64,000 nt of DNA from Patescibacteria group bacterium (GTDB taxonomy: Bacteria > Patescibacteriota > Patescibacteriia > Magasanikbacterales > GWA2-37-8), in assembly GCA_041649475.1 (NCBI GenBank), contig JBAZNA010000001.1, positions 750,594 to 814,593 of the forward strand. The letters are read 5' to 3'. Made by a program: the position numbers and the translations under genes. The notes beneath the pieces are model-generated. The model did no database searches. It was not told the DNA's origin and was given only the letters and a program-made list of their open reading frames with translations. The number at the start of each line of letters is the position of its first letter. The first letter of the stretch is position 1. Below, one piece after another: positions 38,316-48,410 of the stretch.

Positions 38316-39095
38316 TTATTCTTTGATGATGTTATCTTTTACGGTCGCGCTAAGCCCGGTTACGCCCAACCTATTAATCCGACGCGTCCACTTTGCTGGC
38401 AGAAATTTGGCCAGCGTGTTTTCAATGGCATAGCCGATAAAAGAAAAAGGCAGACCTTTGATTAAAGCGTATTTCCACATCGCCAACATTTCTTTTCTGA
38501 AGCCATACAGACGAGTGGAAACATAATCCTCTTGTATAAAATGAATCACAAAACCGCCGCTTCGCCAGTCATTTATATTAAACTCATCATCTAAACAGTA
38601 CCGTCCGCTTATTTTAAAATAAAAATCCGCGGTTTGATTTAATTGTTTTATGGCAGAAAGAAGCATCATGGTCTCGCCCAAACTTTTAAAGGTGCTGTCA
38701 ACTGCCCGGCGCACTAATTTCTTATCGCCTAAATATAAATACTGATCTGCCATATCTCTAAGACCCGCCGGCAGGTCTCCTTTCAAACCCCCTTCTATCA
38801 AAACCACTTTTGCCTGCGGAATTCTTTGACGTATTGTCTCTATGGTGTGCGCGGTCTGTTCGGCCCGCTCCTGCGGGCTAAATATGGAACGCGCGCCGCC
38901 GTAAGTGACTTTTTTATTTTCTTTTGAATAAATAACCGAGGTGATTAAAAAACAAAAATCATTCGGCTCTGTTTCTTTGACGTGGCTTTTACGAACCGCC
39001 GGATAAAATATAAGAAAGGCAACCGCTTCAAACGGCCATATAAAAATAACCCGATATATTTGTCTAGCCAAAAAAGAAACGGCGTTTTTTATCAT
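38316..39095 (-). CDS. Hypothetical protein (no recognisable family; N-terminal hydrophobic segment)
   Basis: 259 aa, with ATGA overlaps to both neighbours. Confidence 0.3.
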   Translation of the reverse strand: MIKNAVSFLARQIYRVIFIWPFEAVAFLIFYPAVRKSHVKETEPNDFCFLITSVIYSKENKKVTYGGARSIFSPQERAEQTAHTIETIRQRIPQAKVVLIEGGLKGDLPAGLRDMADQYLYLGDKKLVRRAVDSTFKSLGETMMLLSAIKQLNQTADFYFKISGRYCLDDEFNINDWRSGGFVIHFIQEDYVSTRLYGFRKEMLAMWKYALIKGLPFSFIGYAIENTLAKFLPAKWTRRINRLGVTGLSATVKDNIIKE

Positions 39096-40051
39096 ACCTT
39101 ATACTCTTCTTTAAAGGATTTGTATGTAGTTAAGAGGCCATCCTCCAGTTCAATTTTGTGATGCCAGCCCAGCCGGTGAATTTTACCGGCGTCCAGCAAT
39201 TTTTGCGGCATGCCGTCGGGCTTGCTCTTATCCCACGTGATGTTGCCGGAAAAACCAACGACGCCTTTTATTAATTCTGCCAGCTCCGCAATTGAACAAT
39301 CACTCTCCGAACCGACGTTTAGAAACATCTCGCCTTTCTCATTTTGCTCTTTGCTCGGATCAAAATTATTCATCACAAAAACAGCCGCATTGGCCATGTC
39401 GTCGGTATGAAGAAATTCCCGACGCGCCTGCCCTGTCCCCCACAATTCCACCTTATCGTGTTTTTGAATTTTTGCTTCATGAAATTTGCGCAACAATGAT
39501 TGCAAAACATGACTACTGTTTAAATCAAAGTGGTCGTTTTCTCCGTAAAGATTAGGAGGCATGATGGCAATAAAATTTGTATCGTACTGCCGGTTATACA
39601 TTTCACACATTTTAATTCCGGCAATTTTGGCAAGCGCATAGCCCTCATTGGTCGGCTCCAATAACCCGGTAAGCAAATACTCTTCCTTCATCGGCTGGGG
39701 ACAAAGGCGGGGGTACACGCAGGAAGAGCCCAAAAATAATAATTTTTTAACTTTATTTAAATATGACTGGTGGATAACATTATTTTGAATCTCTAAATTT
39801 TCATAAATAAATTGTGCCGGTGATTCAATATTGGCCATGATCCCTCCGACTTTGGCGGCCGCCAGAAAAACATATTCCGGTTTTTCTTTTTTAAAAAAAT
39901 CGGCCACTGATTTCTGATCCAGGAGGTCCAGCTCTTTATGGGTCCGCAAAATCAAATTTTTGTATCCTTGTGTTGTTAAAGCGCGCGTAATCGTGGATCC
40001 GGCCAATCCGGTATGGCCGGCAATATAAATTTTTGCATTTTTTGGCATCAT
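39092..40051 (-). CDS. fcl: GDP-L-fucose synthase (GDP-4-keto-6-deoxy-D-mannose 3,5-epimerase/4-reductase)
   Basis: IYIAGHTGLAGSTITRAL...LRTHKELDLLD...FLAAAKVGGIMAN...LLFLGSSCVYP...EGYALAKIAG matches Fcl/WcaG nearly motif-for-motif. Confidence 0.85.
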   Translation of the reverse strand: MMPKNAKIYIAGHTGLAGSTITRALTTQGYKNLILRTHKELDLLDQKSVADFFKKEKPEYVFLAAAKVGGIMANIESPAQFIYENLEIQNNVIHQSYLNKVKKLLFLGSSCVYPRLCPQPMKEEYLLTGLLEPTNEGYALAKIAGIKMCEMYNRQYDTNFIAIMPPNLYGENDHFDLNSSHVLQSLLRKFHEAKIQKHDKVELWGTGQARREFLHTDDMANAAVFVMNNFDPSKEQNEKGEMFLNVGSESDCSIAELAELIKGVVGFSGNITWDKSKPDGMPQKLLDAGKIHRLGWHHKIELEDGLLTTYKSFKEEYKV

Positions 40052-42012
40052 AAATATTCTTTTTTAATTTTTTCCTGATTATGAAAAAATTTTCCGCCTT
40101 TACGGCCATACCAGATTATTTCTCTGGCGTAATCCGGTAAATTGCCGCCAAATTCTTGGATATCAGAAAAGATAAGTTTATTTTTAACTTTTATTAATTC
40201 CGGCTTGTCCGTACCTTTATAAAATTCATTAAAATATTTATTAAAATCATAATTTAATTCCAATGCCATAGTTTTCTGACAATACGGATCAATCACCATT
40301 TGACCAGTATAATTTATCAAATCGGCGATCTTATCGGCCGGGATGTTTTTAAAATAAGACAGTAAATAATTTTTTAACTCATTATAAAATGCGGCTTTAT
40401 CACTAATAAAATTTAAAAACGACCCTTCTTCTATTGTCCAGGTGACTTCGCCGAATTTGGCAATCACAAATTCCCAGCTTTTTCCTTGGGTCACACCGTC
40501 AATAATCGCCGAAATAAATTTCAGTTCGCGGCCCAGGATTGAATTGGGATTGTTCTCCGCGTAACTAATCAAATCCTGATAAAAATGCGTGTAAGAAATC
40601 TGACATTCATTATGGGCAAATATAGCTACAAATTGCATTAGGCCCAAACAATGAAAGCACTGAATCGCCCAGGAAAAAATACTGGCCTTTTTCCAGTCCG
40701 CCACCGGCATGGTTGCGGTGGCGATGACAATTTCGTCATACTCCGGAACAACCTTAGGGTCAGGCATAGAATGAGGCAGGCAGGCCGGAATGCTGACGCC
40801 TTTAATGCCGTAAAGCTCCTGATATTTTTTATCACCCATGATTGAATTGGGAAAAATTTCGCAATTATAAACATTGATGGAGCTGTGTTGGCCGTTTTCA
40901 AGCAAAATATCCAGGCCCTGGCAATATGAATCATAGGTTTCATTGGGCAGACCCAAAATAATCTCCGTGTAAGTGGGGATGCCTTCATTGTTATATTGCT
41001 GCAACAGCTCTTTAAAATTATCTATGCGCATGTTGATACGGCCGACGGCTTCAAGGGTGCGCGGATTTAAACTCTGAAAAGACAAAGTTACGCCTTTACA
41101 CATCTTGTTTTTATTAAGCTCCTTGTTCATTTCAAAAATGGTTCGATTGCTGTTTTTGGCGTAGGAAGTGCGAAATTTTTGCGGAAAACCGTATTTATTT
41201 TTTATCTCAATGAATTTTTTTATAAAACCGGTATCTCTGGGCAGAATGCCAAAATTGGAATCACAGCCAAACACAAACTCCACTTTATTTTTACCAAACC
41301 ATTCAATTTCGTCTTTGACTCTTTGCTCGTCAAAAGGCAGGATCCGTTTACAATTCATCAACGGTGAACCCCAATCACAATAAGCACAGCCATACGGACA
41401 CCCCCGGTTGGTCTCCAAACTGGCCGTAAAAGAATACGGCGATGATTGGACAATTTTATCAAATACGCCAGTCAAGTATGGCGATGGAATTTTATTAATA
41501 TCAATGTCCCCTTTTTTTATTTCCGTACGCATGGTATTGCCGTTAACGTTTATGCTCAAATTATTTATACGAGAAAAATTTTTATCATCGGATAAATAAG
41601 TTACTAGAATTTCTGAAAAAGGCACTTCGCCGTCGCCATGGACCAGTATGTCTATAAATTTACGGTTTATAAAAAAATTCTCTGACTCAAACGGAACCTG
41701 GTGGCCGCCGAACACCACCAGACAATTCGGATATTTTGATTTAACTCGCTCGGCCAATTTTTGATTATATTCAAAATTCCAAATGTAAGAAGAAAAACCG
41801 AAAACATCCGGTTCTTCCAATTTTTCCACCACTTCGTCAATGTTGTCTTTTAAAAATAAATTATCTTTAAATTCAAAATTTTCCCTGATCCGGGGAATGG
41901 TAAGACAATAACTGGTGATTACACCCGTGGAATACGGCAGAAAAACATTATTGCCGTATTTATTATTCACCTGACACATGTAAACGTTTTTCTTTATCAT
42001 AATAAATCGCAC
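40048..42012 (-). CDS. B12-binding radical-SAM enzyme
   Basis: N-terminal B12-binding-like domain; TNRGCPYGCAYCDWG (CxxxCxxC); 654 aa. Confidence 0.75.
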   Translation of the reverse strand: MRFIMIKKNVYMCQVNNKYGNNVFLPYSTGVITSYCLTIPRIRENFEFKDNLFLKDNIDEVVEKLEEPDVFGFSSYIWNFEYNQKLAERVKSKYPNCLVVFGGHQVPFESENFFINRKFIDILVHGDGEVPFSEILVTYLSDDKNFSRINNLSINVNGNTMRTEIKKGDIDINKIPSPYLTGVFDKIVQSSPYSFTASLETNRGCPYGCAYCDWGSPLMNCKRILPFDEQRVKDEIEWFGKNKVEFVFGCDSNFGILPRDTGFIKKFIEIKNKYGFPQKFRTSYAKNSNRTIFEMNKELNKNKMCKGVTLSFQSLNPRTLEAVGRINMRIDNFKELLQQYNNEGIPTYTEIILGLPNETYDSYCQGLDILLENGQHSSINVYNCEIFPNSIMGDKKYQELYGIKGVSIPACLPHSMPDPKVVPEYDEIVIATATMPVADWKKASIFSWAIQCFHCLGLMQFVAIFAHNECQISYTHFYQDLISYAENNPNSILGRELKFISAIIDGVTQGKSWEFVIAKFGEVTWTIEEGSFLNFISDKAAFYNELKNYLLSYFKNIPADKIADLINYTGQMVIDPYCQKTMALELNYDFNKYFNEFYKGTDKPELIKVKNKLIFSDIQEFGGNLPDYAREIIWYGRKGGKFFHNQEKIKKEYL

Positions 42013-43160
42013 AAAAACTCAACCTCTCCACTAGTCATCTCCGGATTGTTACCAAAATAAAAACCGTTTTTATGAATCAGGTCGGCGTTTGGACAATCAA
42101 ACTCGGTTTTGACATACTTTTTGAAAAAGGGCTGTCTGGCAATATTGCCGGCGATGATCGGCCTGATTTCAACCTCCGCTTTTTCAAATTTATCTTTATA
42201 TGCTCTAAACAATTCTTCGGTTTTAAAGATAACCGGCATGGCAAAATTGGAAACCAAATCCAGATGAGATACACCCAAAGGCAGAATATCTTTATTGGCC
42301 GCGGCAGCGACCTGAAATCTTTTAAAATTTTTGCTTCTTTTTTCCACGATCTCATCCCAGAAGTCAAGCTGTATTTGGCCGATGAATCCTTGAATTTCGG
42401 TCGGACGGGCATTATAGGCCAAGTCGTAAAAAGTATAGCGCGCGTAAAAATCATCAATCTTATTTTCTTTTCTTAGTTTTGCCTGTGAACCGGCGGATAA
42501 ATTTCTGTCCCAGCCATGAGCGCGAACCAGTAAAATCATTTCAAACAACTCTTCATCATCGATGCAGATCATTCCGCCCTCAACAGTTGAAAAATGATGG
42601 CCGACAAAACTGGAGAAGGTTGAGGCCAGGCCGAAGTTTCCCAACTGCTTTTGGCCCAGTTTTGACCCCAATGATTCACAGTTGTCTTCCAATAAAATAA
42701 TTTTTTTATCCGCACAAAATTTTTGTATCTTATCCAAGTTCGCGCAAAAACCCAAGACATTGGTCAAAAACACAGCCCTAAAATCGTACTTACTGAAAGC
42801 TTTTTCCAAGATGTCTTCGGACACATTTAAATTTTTAAGTTCACAATCCAGAATAATCGGCTCAAGCCCCAGTTCAATAACCGGCATCACGTTGGTGGCC
42901 CAGGTTAAAGAAGAAAGCGCGATTTTATCCCCCTTGCGCAGATGGCCGAGATTAAGCAAGGACTGCAGCAGAACAAGATTGGCCATACTGCCGCTACTGA
43001 CAAATACGCTATGTCGCCGGCCTTGTTTTTTGGAAAATTTTTCTTCAAAAGCCGCGCACTCCTTGCCCATGCTTAAAACAGCGGACTTTAGGATAAAATC
43101 CGCGACCGCTTTTTTGGTTTCATCTTCGTGATAAAAAGTTGATTTTATTAGTTTAATCAT
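41997..43160 (-). CDS. DegT/DnrJ/EryC1/StrS-family PLP-dependent sugar aminotransferase (GDP-perosamine-synthase-like)
   Basis: Fold-type I sugar aminotransferase motifs (...VSSGSMANLVLLQSL...). It lies adjacent to gmd and fcl. Confidence 0.75.
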   Translation of the reverse strand: MIKLIKSTFYHEDETKKAVADFILKSAVLSMGKECAAFEEKFSKKQGRRHSVFVSSGSMANLVLLQSLLNLGHLRKGDKIALSSLTWATNVMPVIELGLEPIILDCELKNLNVSEDILEKAFSKYDFRAVFLTNVLGFCANLDKIQKFCADKKIILLEDNCESLGSKLGQKQLGNFGLASTFSSFVGHHFSTVEGGMICIDDEELFEMILLVRAHGWDRNLSAGSQAKLRKENKIDDFYARYTFYDLAYNARPTEIQGFIGQIQLDFWDEIVEKRSKNFKRFQVAAAANKDILPLGVSHLDLVSNFAMPVIFKTEELFRAYKDKFEKAEVEIRPIIAGNIARQPFFKKYVKTEFDCPNADLIHKNGFYFGNNPEMTSGEVEFLCDLL

Positions 43161-43171
43161 AGATGGTAATT

Positions 43172-44140
43172 TTAATCTTTAAATAGATAAAACGTAGCCG
43201 CGTCGCCATCGTTGGCCTTGTTTAATTCTTCGGCTTTTTCCGCAAATTCTTTCATCTGCTGTTTGGAAAATAATGATTCATCGTATAATTCGGCGTATGA
43301 CCTTGGATCGCGCAAAGGGATGTCTTTTAAATATTGCTCGCTCCCCCAAAATTGAAAATCGCGGGAGTCAAACACGTAATCCATACGATTAAAACCGACA
43401 CGCTCGCTAAGTAATTTCATACTGGATATAGTGTGCAGGAATAAATGCCTGGGCGCGTCCAGCTGAACCCAATTAACTCCATAGGTCTTCCAGGCATAGG
43501 TGCCGGCCACCGGAACCCGCACCAGCGCGCAACCGCCTTTTTGAAGCAGAGCCAACGTTTTCTTTAACACCCCTTCCGGATCGGGCATATGTTCAAACGA
43601 GTGGTTAAAAATTATCAAATCATACTGGCCGGTCACCTGGTCCAGAGATTTTTTACTTATCGTGACGCCTCCCGGATAATGAATGTCTTTGGCAATGAAC
43701 GGATCTATGCCCTCCACGTTGATAAAACCGGATTTGCGCAATTTCAATAACAAATTTCCCGACCCGCAGCCCGCGTCCAGCACATGGGCGGTCAAGGGGA
43801 GTTTTATTTTCTCAAACCACTGGTAAAATTCCTCGTTATCCGGATAAAATTTGCTTAAAAATTTTCCCAAAAGATTATTTTGTTTATAAACCCGAAACTT
43901 AATCAATTGTTTTTTTAGAAAAATTTTAAACGGATTATGTTTATAGGCGACTTCAGTGAATGAATAATAATTATCCGGATAATACCTGGACAAATTCGCG
44001 GGAACATTAATCAAACTCAAACATCCGCACCGACCGCATTCCAGATAATTGAATTTATCCCTGAACCCGAACATCATCTCCCGGGCCTCATGCATCTTAT
44101 TGTTCTCTTCATTACCGCAGATTGTGCAATGCAGAACCAT
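43172..44140 (-). CDS. Class I SAM-dependent methyltransferase with an N-terminal Zn-ribbon
   Basis: CTICGNE...CGRCGC (Cys4) then VLDAGCGSGNLLLKL (motif I). Confidence 0.6.
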   Translation of the reverse strand: MVLHCTICGNEENNKMHEAREMMFGFRDKFNYLECGRCGCLSLINVPANLSRYYPDNYYSFTEVAYKHNPFKIFLKKQLIKFRVYKQNNLLGKFLSKFYPDNEEFYQWFEKIKLPLTAHVLDAGCGSGNLLLKLRKSGFINVEGIDPFIAKDIHYPGGVTISKKSLDQVTGQYDLIIFNHSFEHMPDPEGVLKKTLALLQKGGCALVRVPVAGTYAWKTYGVNWVQLDAPRHLFLHTISSMKLLSERVGFNRMDYVFDSRDFQFWGSEQYLKDIPLRDPRSYAELYDESLFSKQQMKEFAEKAEELNKANDGDAATFYLFKD

Positions 44141-44149
44141 AATCTTTAA

Positions 44150-45169
44150 TTAATTCAATTCCGCTTCGACCATTATCTTAACCAGTTCTTTAAATTTAAC
44201 TTTGGCTTCCCAACCCAGTACCCGTTTGGCTTTTGACGGATCACCCAACAATAATTCAACTTCGGCTGGACGGAAATATTCAGGATCAATCTCAACCAAA
44301 ACCTGGCCGGTGGTTTTATCTATTCCCTTTTCTTCCAAGCCGCTGCCTTCCCATTTCAAATCAAAGCCAAAATAGCGCGCGGTTTCTTCAGTAAACTCTC
44401 TGACGCTATGGGCTTCGCCGGTGGCAACCACATAATCATCGGGCTGGGGCTCTTGGAGCATCAGCCACATTGCTTCCACATACTCTTTGGCATAACCCCA
44501 GTCGCGCCTGGCTTCCAAATTACCCAAATAAATTTTATTCTGCTTACCGGCCTTAATTTGCGCGAAGCCGTGAACAATCTTTTTAGTCACAAACGTGCCG
44601 CCGCGCCGGGGCGATTCATGGTTGAATAAAATACCATTACAAATAAACATTCCGTAGGATTCGCGATAATTAACCGCCAGATTATGGGCAAAAACTTTGG
44701 CGCAGCCGTATGGACTCCGGGGATAAAATGGAGTGGTTTCGGTTTGGGGGGTTTCCTTAACTTTACCAAACATTTCCGATGACCCGGCCTGATAAAATTT
44801 AACCTTCAGACCGCTTTCCCGCACCGCGTCTAAAACCCGCAGAGTGCCCAGGCCGACCGTATCGCAGGTATATTCCGGAAGTTCAAAACTGACGCGCACA
44901 TGGCTCTGTGCTCCCAAATTATAGATTTCATCCGGCTGAACCTTTTCTAAAATTCTGTTGATATTACTCCCATCGGTCAAATCTCCGTAATATATTTTCA
45001 ATCTGGCGTCTTTCTCATGTTTCTCCTGAAAAATATGATCAATGCGGCCGGTATTAAAACTGCTTGAACGCCTGATGATGCCGTGGACTTCATAGCCCTT
45101 GCCTAATAAAAATTCAGCAAGATAAGAACCGTCTTGCCCGGTCAAACCAGTGATAAAAGCTTTTTTCAT
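44150..45169 (-). CDS. gmd: GDP-mannose 4,6-dehydratase
   Basis: [46 protein letters not shown] closely matches E. coli Gmd. Confidence 0.9.
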   Translation of the reverse strand: MKKAFITGLTGQDGSYLAEFLLGKGYEVHGIIRRSSSFNTGRIDHIFQEKHEKDARLKIYYGDLTDGSNINRILEKVQPDEIYNLGAQSHVRVSFELPEYTCDTVGLGTLRVLDAVRESGLKVKFYQAGSSEMFGKVKETPQTETTPFYPRSPYGCAKVFAHNLAVNYRESYGMFICNGILFNHESPRRGGTFVTKKIVHGFAQIKAGKQNKIYLGNLEARRDWGYAKEYVEAMWLMLQEPQPDDYVVATGEAHSVREFTEETARYFGFDLKWEGSGLEEKGIDKTTGQVLVEIDPEYFRPAEVELLLGDPSKAKRVLGWEAKVKFKELVKIMVEAELN

Positions 45170-46686
45170 ATTATATTTTCTTCATTTTTATATCCAATTT
45201 TTCTCAATTTAAACAGATTATAGGCCGGATAAGCAAAAATACTTATAACCATATACCAATAAAACCACAATTGGGCGTTTGCATCGCCACCGGTCAGCTT
45301 GAAATTGATTAACCAAATTACATGAAAAAATATCGGGGATAAAATAATCCAGATCGCTGCCCTTTTTAGGTATTTGCTGACATTAATGACATTGGCGATA
45401 ATGGCCAGCGGGAAAAACCAAAGCATGTACCACGGCCAAACCCATTTATGCCAGAAAATCATGTAAACAAGCAAACTGGCTAATAACACAGAGATGAACT
45501 CCGTTTCGCTCCAACTGGCTTTTTTAAACAAAATTAAAAACATTTTTTTAATAATCGGATACATCATGAATAAAACTAAGGCGATTAAACTGAACTGCAC
45601 AACTCTGGTCAGATACCAATGAAAATTCGCGCCGATCAAAAACTGGAACAACGGCTTTAGAGAATAGTAAATAGCGGCGAAGGTGCTGCCGCCCGCCGTC
45701 TTTGACATTTTGCCAAGGGTGGTAAAAACTCCCAAACCATTCCAAAAATGACCCCAGGATAAAATAGTGATTAGTACAGAAAGTGCGACTCCAATTATTT
45801 GCTGGCCTACCAGCTTGGTCCAATTATCTTTATGAACATCCTGCCACCATTTAACTATGAAGAACGGGATAAAAAAAGCCGGAATAATTTTAATCCAGAT
45901 GCCCACGGTTAGGGCCGGCAATACCAGCCACCACTTTTTTTTCTGGGCGAACAAAATAGCCAAAATCACAAAAACCAGCCACAAAATATCTTGATGACCG
46001 GTCGAGAGTCCTTCAAACAGCATGAGCGGCTGCAAACACCACAGTAACCAAAAACCGTTTCGGCTAAAATCGCAACCCATTGATTTCAAATATTTATAAA
46101 CTAACCATCCGCCAAACAGAAAAAGAATCATGACTGTTATTTTCCATAAAACTATAAAGGCCAGTACATTATCCTGGCTTAACTGATAAACAGCGCCAAA
46201 CGTCCTGGCCATTAACGGTCCATAAGGAAACCGCTCATTGAAATATTTCACGGGAGGGTTTACAAAATAATTATCCCGATACCAATCTTGAGTAAATAAA
46301 TTTAGATCAGTGTGCTGTTCGGCTTTTCCGGCATAAAAATAGTAAACTATGTCACCCGAGGAAAAAGGCACAACCAACAAAGCCAGGAACAAAAAAAGAA
46401 TAACCGTGACTATGGTCTTTTTTGTTGAAATTTCTTCTTTGGCTTTAAATGACTTCCAGATAAATATTCCTGAACACACCAGACAGATTATACTAAATGC
46501 GAAAGATAAAATCAGGATCGCCTTAAGCGGTGAGTTTAAATTCTCCGAACAAAAAAGCCAGCTCTGACCAAAATAACACGATTTCGCCAAAATTTTTGAA
46601 TACTCCGCGACCGAAAACCCGGCCAGAGTTCCCCACCCCAACAGCCCAAAAATTACCGCTTTTTTGAAATTGGACATACTACTCAC
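45166..46686 (-). CDS. Large polytopic membrane protein (possible GT-C glycosyltransferase)
   Basis: 506 aa with at least 12 TM segments and no soluble domain. Confidence 0.35.
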   Translation of the reverse strand: MSSMSNFKKAVIFGLLGWGTLAGFSVAEYSKILAKSCYFGQSWLFCSENLNSPLKAILILSFAFSIICLVCSGIFIWKSFKAKEEISTKKTIVTVILFLFLALLVVPFSSGDIVYYFYAGKAEQHTDLNLFTQDWYRDNYFVNPPVKYFNERFPYGPLMARTFGAVYQLSQDNVLAFIVLWKITVMILFLFGGWLVYKYLKSMGCDFSRNGFWLLWCLQPLMLFEGLSTGHQDILWLVFVILAILFAQKKKWWLVLPALTVGIWIKIIPAFFIPFFIVKWWQDVHKDNWTKLVGQQIIGVALSVLITILSWGHFWNGLGVFTTLGKMSKTAGGSTFAAIYYSLKPLFQFLIGANFHWYLTRVVQFSLIALVLFMMYPIIKKMFLILFKKASWSETEFISVLLASLLVYMIFWHKWVWPWYMLWFFPLAIIANVINVSKYLKRAAIWIILSPIFFHVIWLINFKLTGGDANAQLWFYWYMVISIFAYPAYNLFKLRKIGYKNEENII

Positions 46687-47983
46687 GATTAGTTAAAAAC
46701 TCCGCAAAACTATTTATAATAAAATCCAGCATTTCCTTGCTGAGCCCCGGATAACAGCCGATCCAAAAAGTATTATTCATGACCAGATCAGTATTTTTTA
46801 AATCCCCCACTGTCCGATACTTAACTTTATTGTCAATAAAATACGGCTGTTTGGTTAAGTTGCCGGCGAATAAATATCGCGTCGCAATTTGCTGGTCCTG
46901 CAAAAACTGGACCAGTTCGGCGCGCTTAAACGGCGCGTCTTCTTTGACTGTCAGTAAAAAGCCAAACCAGCTCGGGTCTGCTTTTTCGTGCCACACCGGC
47001 AAAATAAAATATTTCTCAAATTGTTTTAAGCCCTCATACAAATACTGAAAATTGTCTTTGCGTTTTTGGATAAAACCGTCCAGTTTTTCCAATTGAGCCA
47101 CACCTAAAGCGGCCTGGATGTCAGTGGCTTTTAAATTATAACCGATTTCGGAATAAATATATTTATGATCATAACCAAACGGCAATTCCCCCAGCTGCCA
47201 ATCAAACCTCATACCGCAGGTGTTATCATTGCCGGTTTTGCACCAGCAGTCCCGTCCCCAATCGCGCATTGATCTGACCGCTCGGTTTAAAACATCGTCA
47301 TTAGTAAAAACCGCCCCCCCCTCGCCCATGGTGATGTGATGGGCCGGATAAAAACTGCAGGTTGAGATATGGCCGAAAGTGCCGGTATATTTACCGCCAA
47401 ATTTTGAACCCAGAGCGTCGCAATTATCTTCAATAAACCACAAATTATTTTCCTGACAAAGTTTTACTATGGCATCTAAGTCACATGGGTTCCCCATGGT
47501 GTGAGCAATCATTATAGCTCGGGTCTTCGGGCCAATCGCCTTTTTAATTTCTTCAACATTCGCATTATAGCTTCCCAAATCTATATCAACAAAAACCGGC
47601 ACCAAATTATTTTGAATAATTGGATTAACAGTAACCGGAAATCCGGCCGCGACCGCAATCACCTCGTCCCCATCTTTTAGTCCTTTATCCTCCAGCTTGG
47701 CAGATTTCAAAGCCGACAAAGCCAATAAATTGGCTGAAGAGCCGGAGTTGACCACACTGACATGATTAATTCCCAGCCATTTTCCAATTTTTGCCTCAAA
47801 CAAATCAGTAAAACGGCCTTCTGTCCACCAGCCATCCAAAACCGCTTCAGTCATTGATAAAATTTCTTGAGCATCAAAAACCTTGCCTGATACCGGCACG
47901 GGCGACTGCCCGGGAATGAATTTTTTGGCTGAAAACTTGGCTCTATACGCCTCTTCTAGAGCTTTTTGCAAACTTTCTTCCAT
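46679..47983 (-). CDS. RfbH/DdhC (E1)-like NDP-4-keto-6-deoxyhexose 3-dehydratase (DegT superfamily)
   Basis: KFIPGQSPVPVSGKVFDAQEILSMTEAVLDGWWTEGRFTDLFEAKIGKWLG mirrors the RfbH N-terminus (...YIPVSGKV...ASLDGWLTTGRFN...); 434 aa. Confidence 0.65.
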   Translation of the reverse strand: MEESLQKALEEAYRAKFSAKKFIPGQSPVPVSGKVFDAQEILSMTEAVLDGWWTEGRFTDLFEAKIGKWLGINHVSVVNSGSSANLLALSALKSAKLEDKGLKDGDEVIAVAAGFPVTVNPIIQNNLVPVFVDIDLGSYNANVEEIKKAIGPKTRAIMIAHTMGNPCDLDAIVKLCQENNLWFIEDNCDALGSKFGGKYTGTFGHISTCSFYPAHHITMGEGGAVFTNDDVLNRAVRSMRDWGRDCWCKTGNDNTCGMRFDWQLGELPFGYDHKYIYSEIGYNLKATDIQAALGVAQLEKLDGFIQKRKDNFQYLYEGLKQFEKYFILPVWHEKADPSWFGFLLTVKEDAPFKRAELVQFLQDQQIATRYLFAGNLTKQPYFIDNKVKYRTVGDLKNTDLVMNNTFWIGCYPGLSKEMLDFIINSFAEFLTNRE

Positions 47984-48033
47984 AATAAAAAAGGCAATGA
48001 ATGGCTAAATTCTATCATTTCTACCTAAAAAAA

Positions 48034-48408
48034 TCAAATTTTGAAGACAAACCTTTTGTTTAAAAAGAAGGCGACAAAGGCCATCGGCAAAATCAGAATC
48101 GCCCCGCCAATATAAGCGCTTATTTGTGCCAAACTGAACAAATACAACCCCAAAACATTTAAAATATAGGTCACTCCGTAAACTCCAAAAAACTTGAAAA
48201 TAAGCCAATTGTTATGGGAATTGAAAACAATGACGCCGGTAGTTTTAAAATTAAACAAGATTCCCAATATTGTGCCCAGGAACGCCGCCAGCGCGTAGTG
48301 CAGGCCGACAAACAATAATAAAGCAAAAACCCCGTAGCCAAACAGAGTATTAATCCCCCCCACGATTAAGAACCGAATGAATTGATTTTTAAACAATTCT
48401 TGCCACAT
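48034..48408 (-). CDS. gtrA: GtrA-family membrane protein (polyprenyl-P-sugar flippase accessory)
   Basis: FIRFLIVGGINTLFGYGVFALL; 4 TM segments in 124 aa. Confidence 0.7.
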   Translation of the reverse strand: MWQELFKNQFIRFLIVGGINTLFGYGVFALLLFVGLHYALAAFLGTILGILFNFKTTGVIVFNSHNNWLIFKFFGVYGVTYILNVLGLYLFSLAQISAYIGGAILILPMAFVAFFLNKRFVFKI

Positions 48409-48410
48409 AA

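Noticed and set aside
48005-48208. A 67-aa minus-strand ORF overlapping the 3' part of gtrA.
   Set aside because: It is out of frame with, and entirely inside, the 124-aa GtrA-family ORF, which has a clear GtrA signature.
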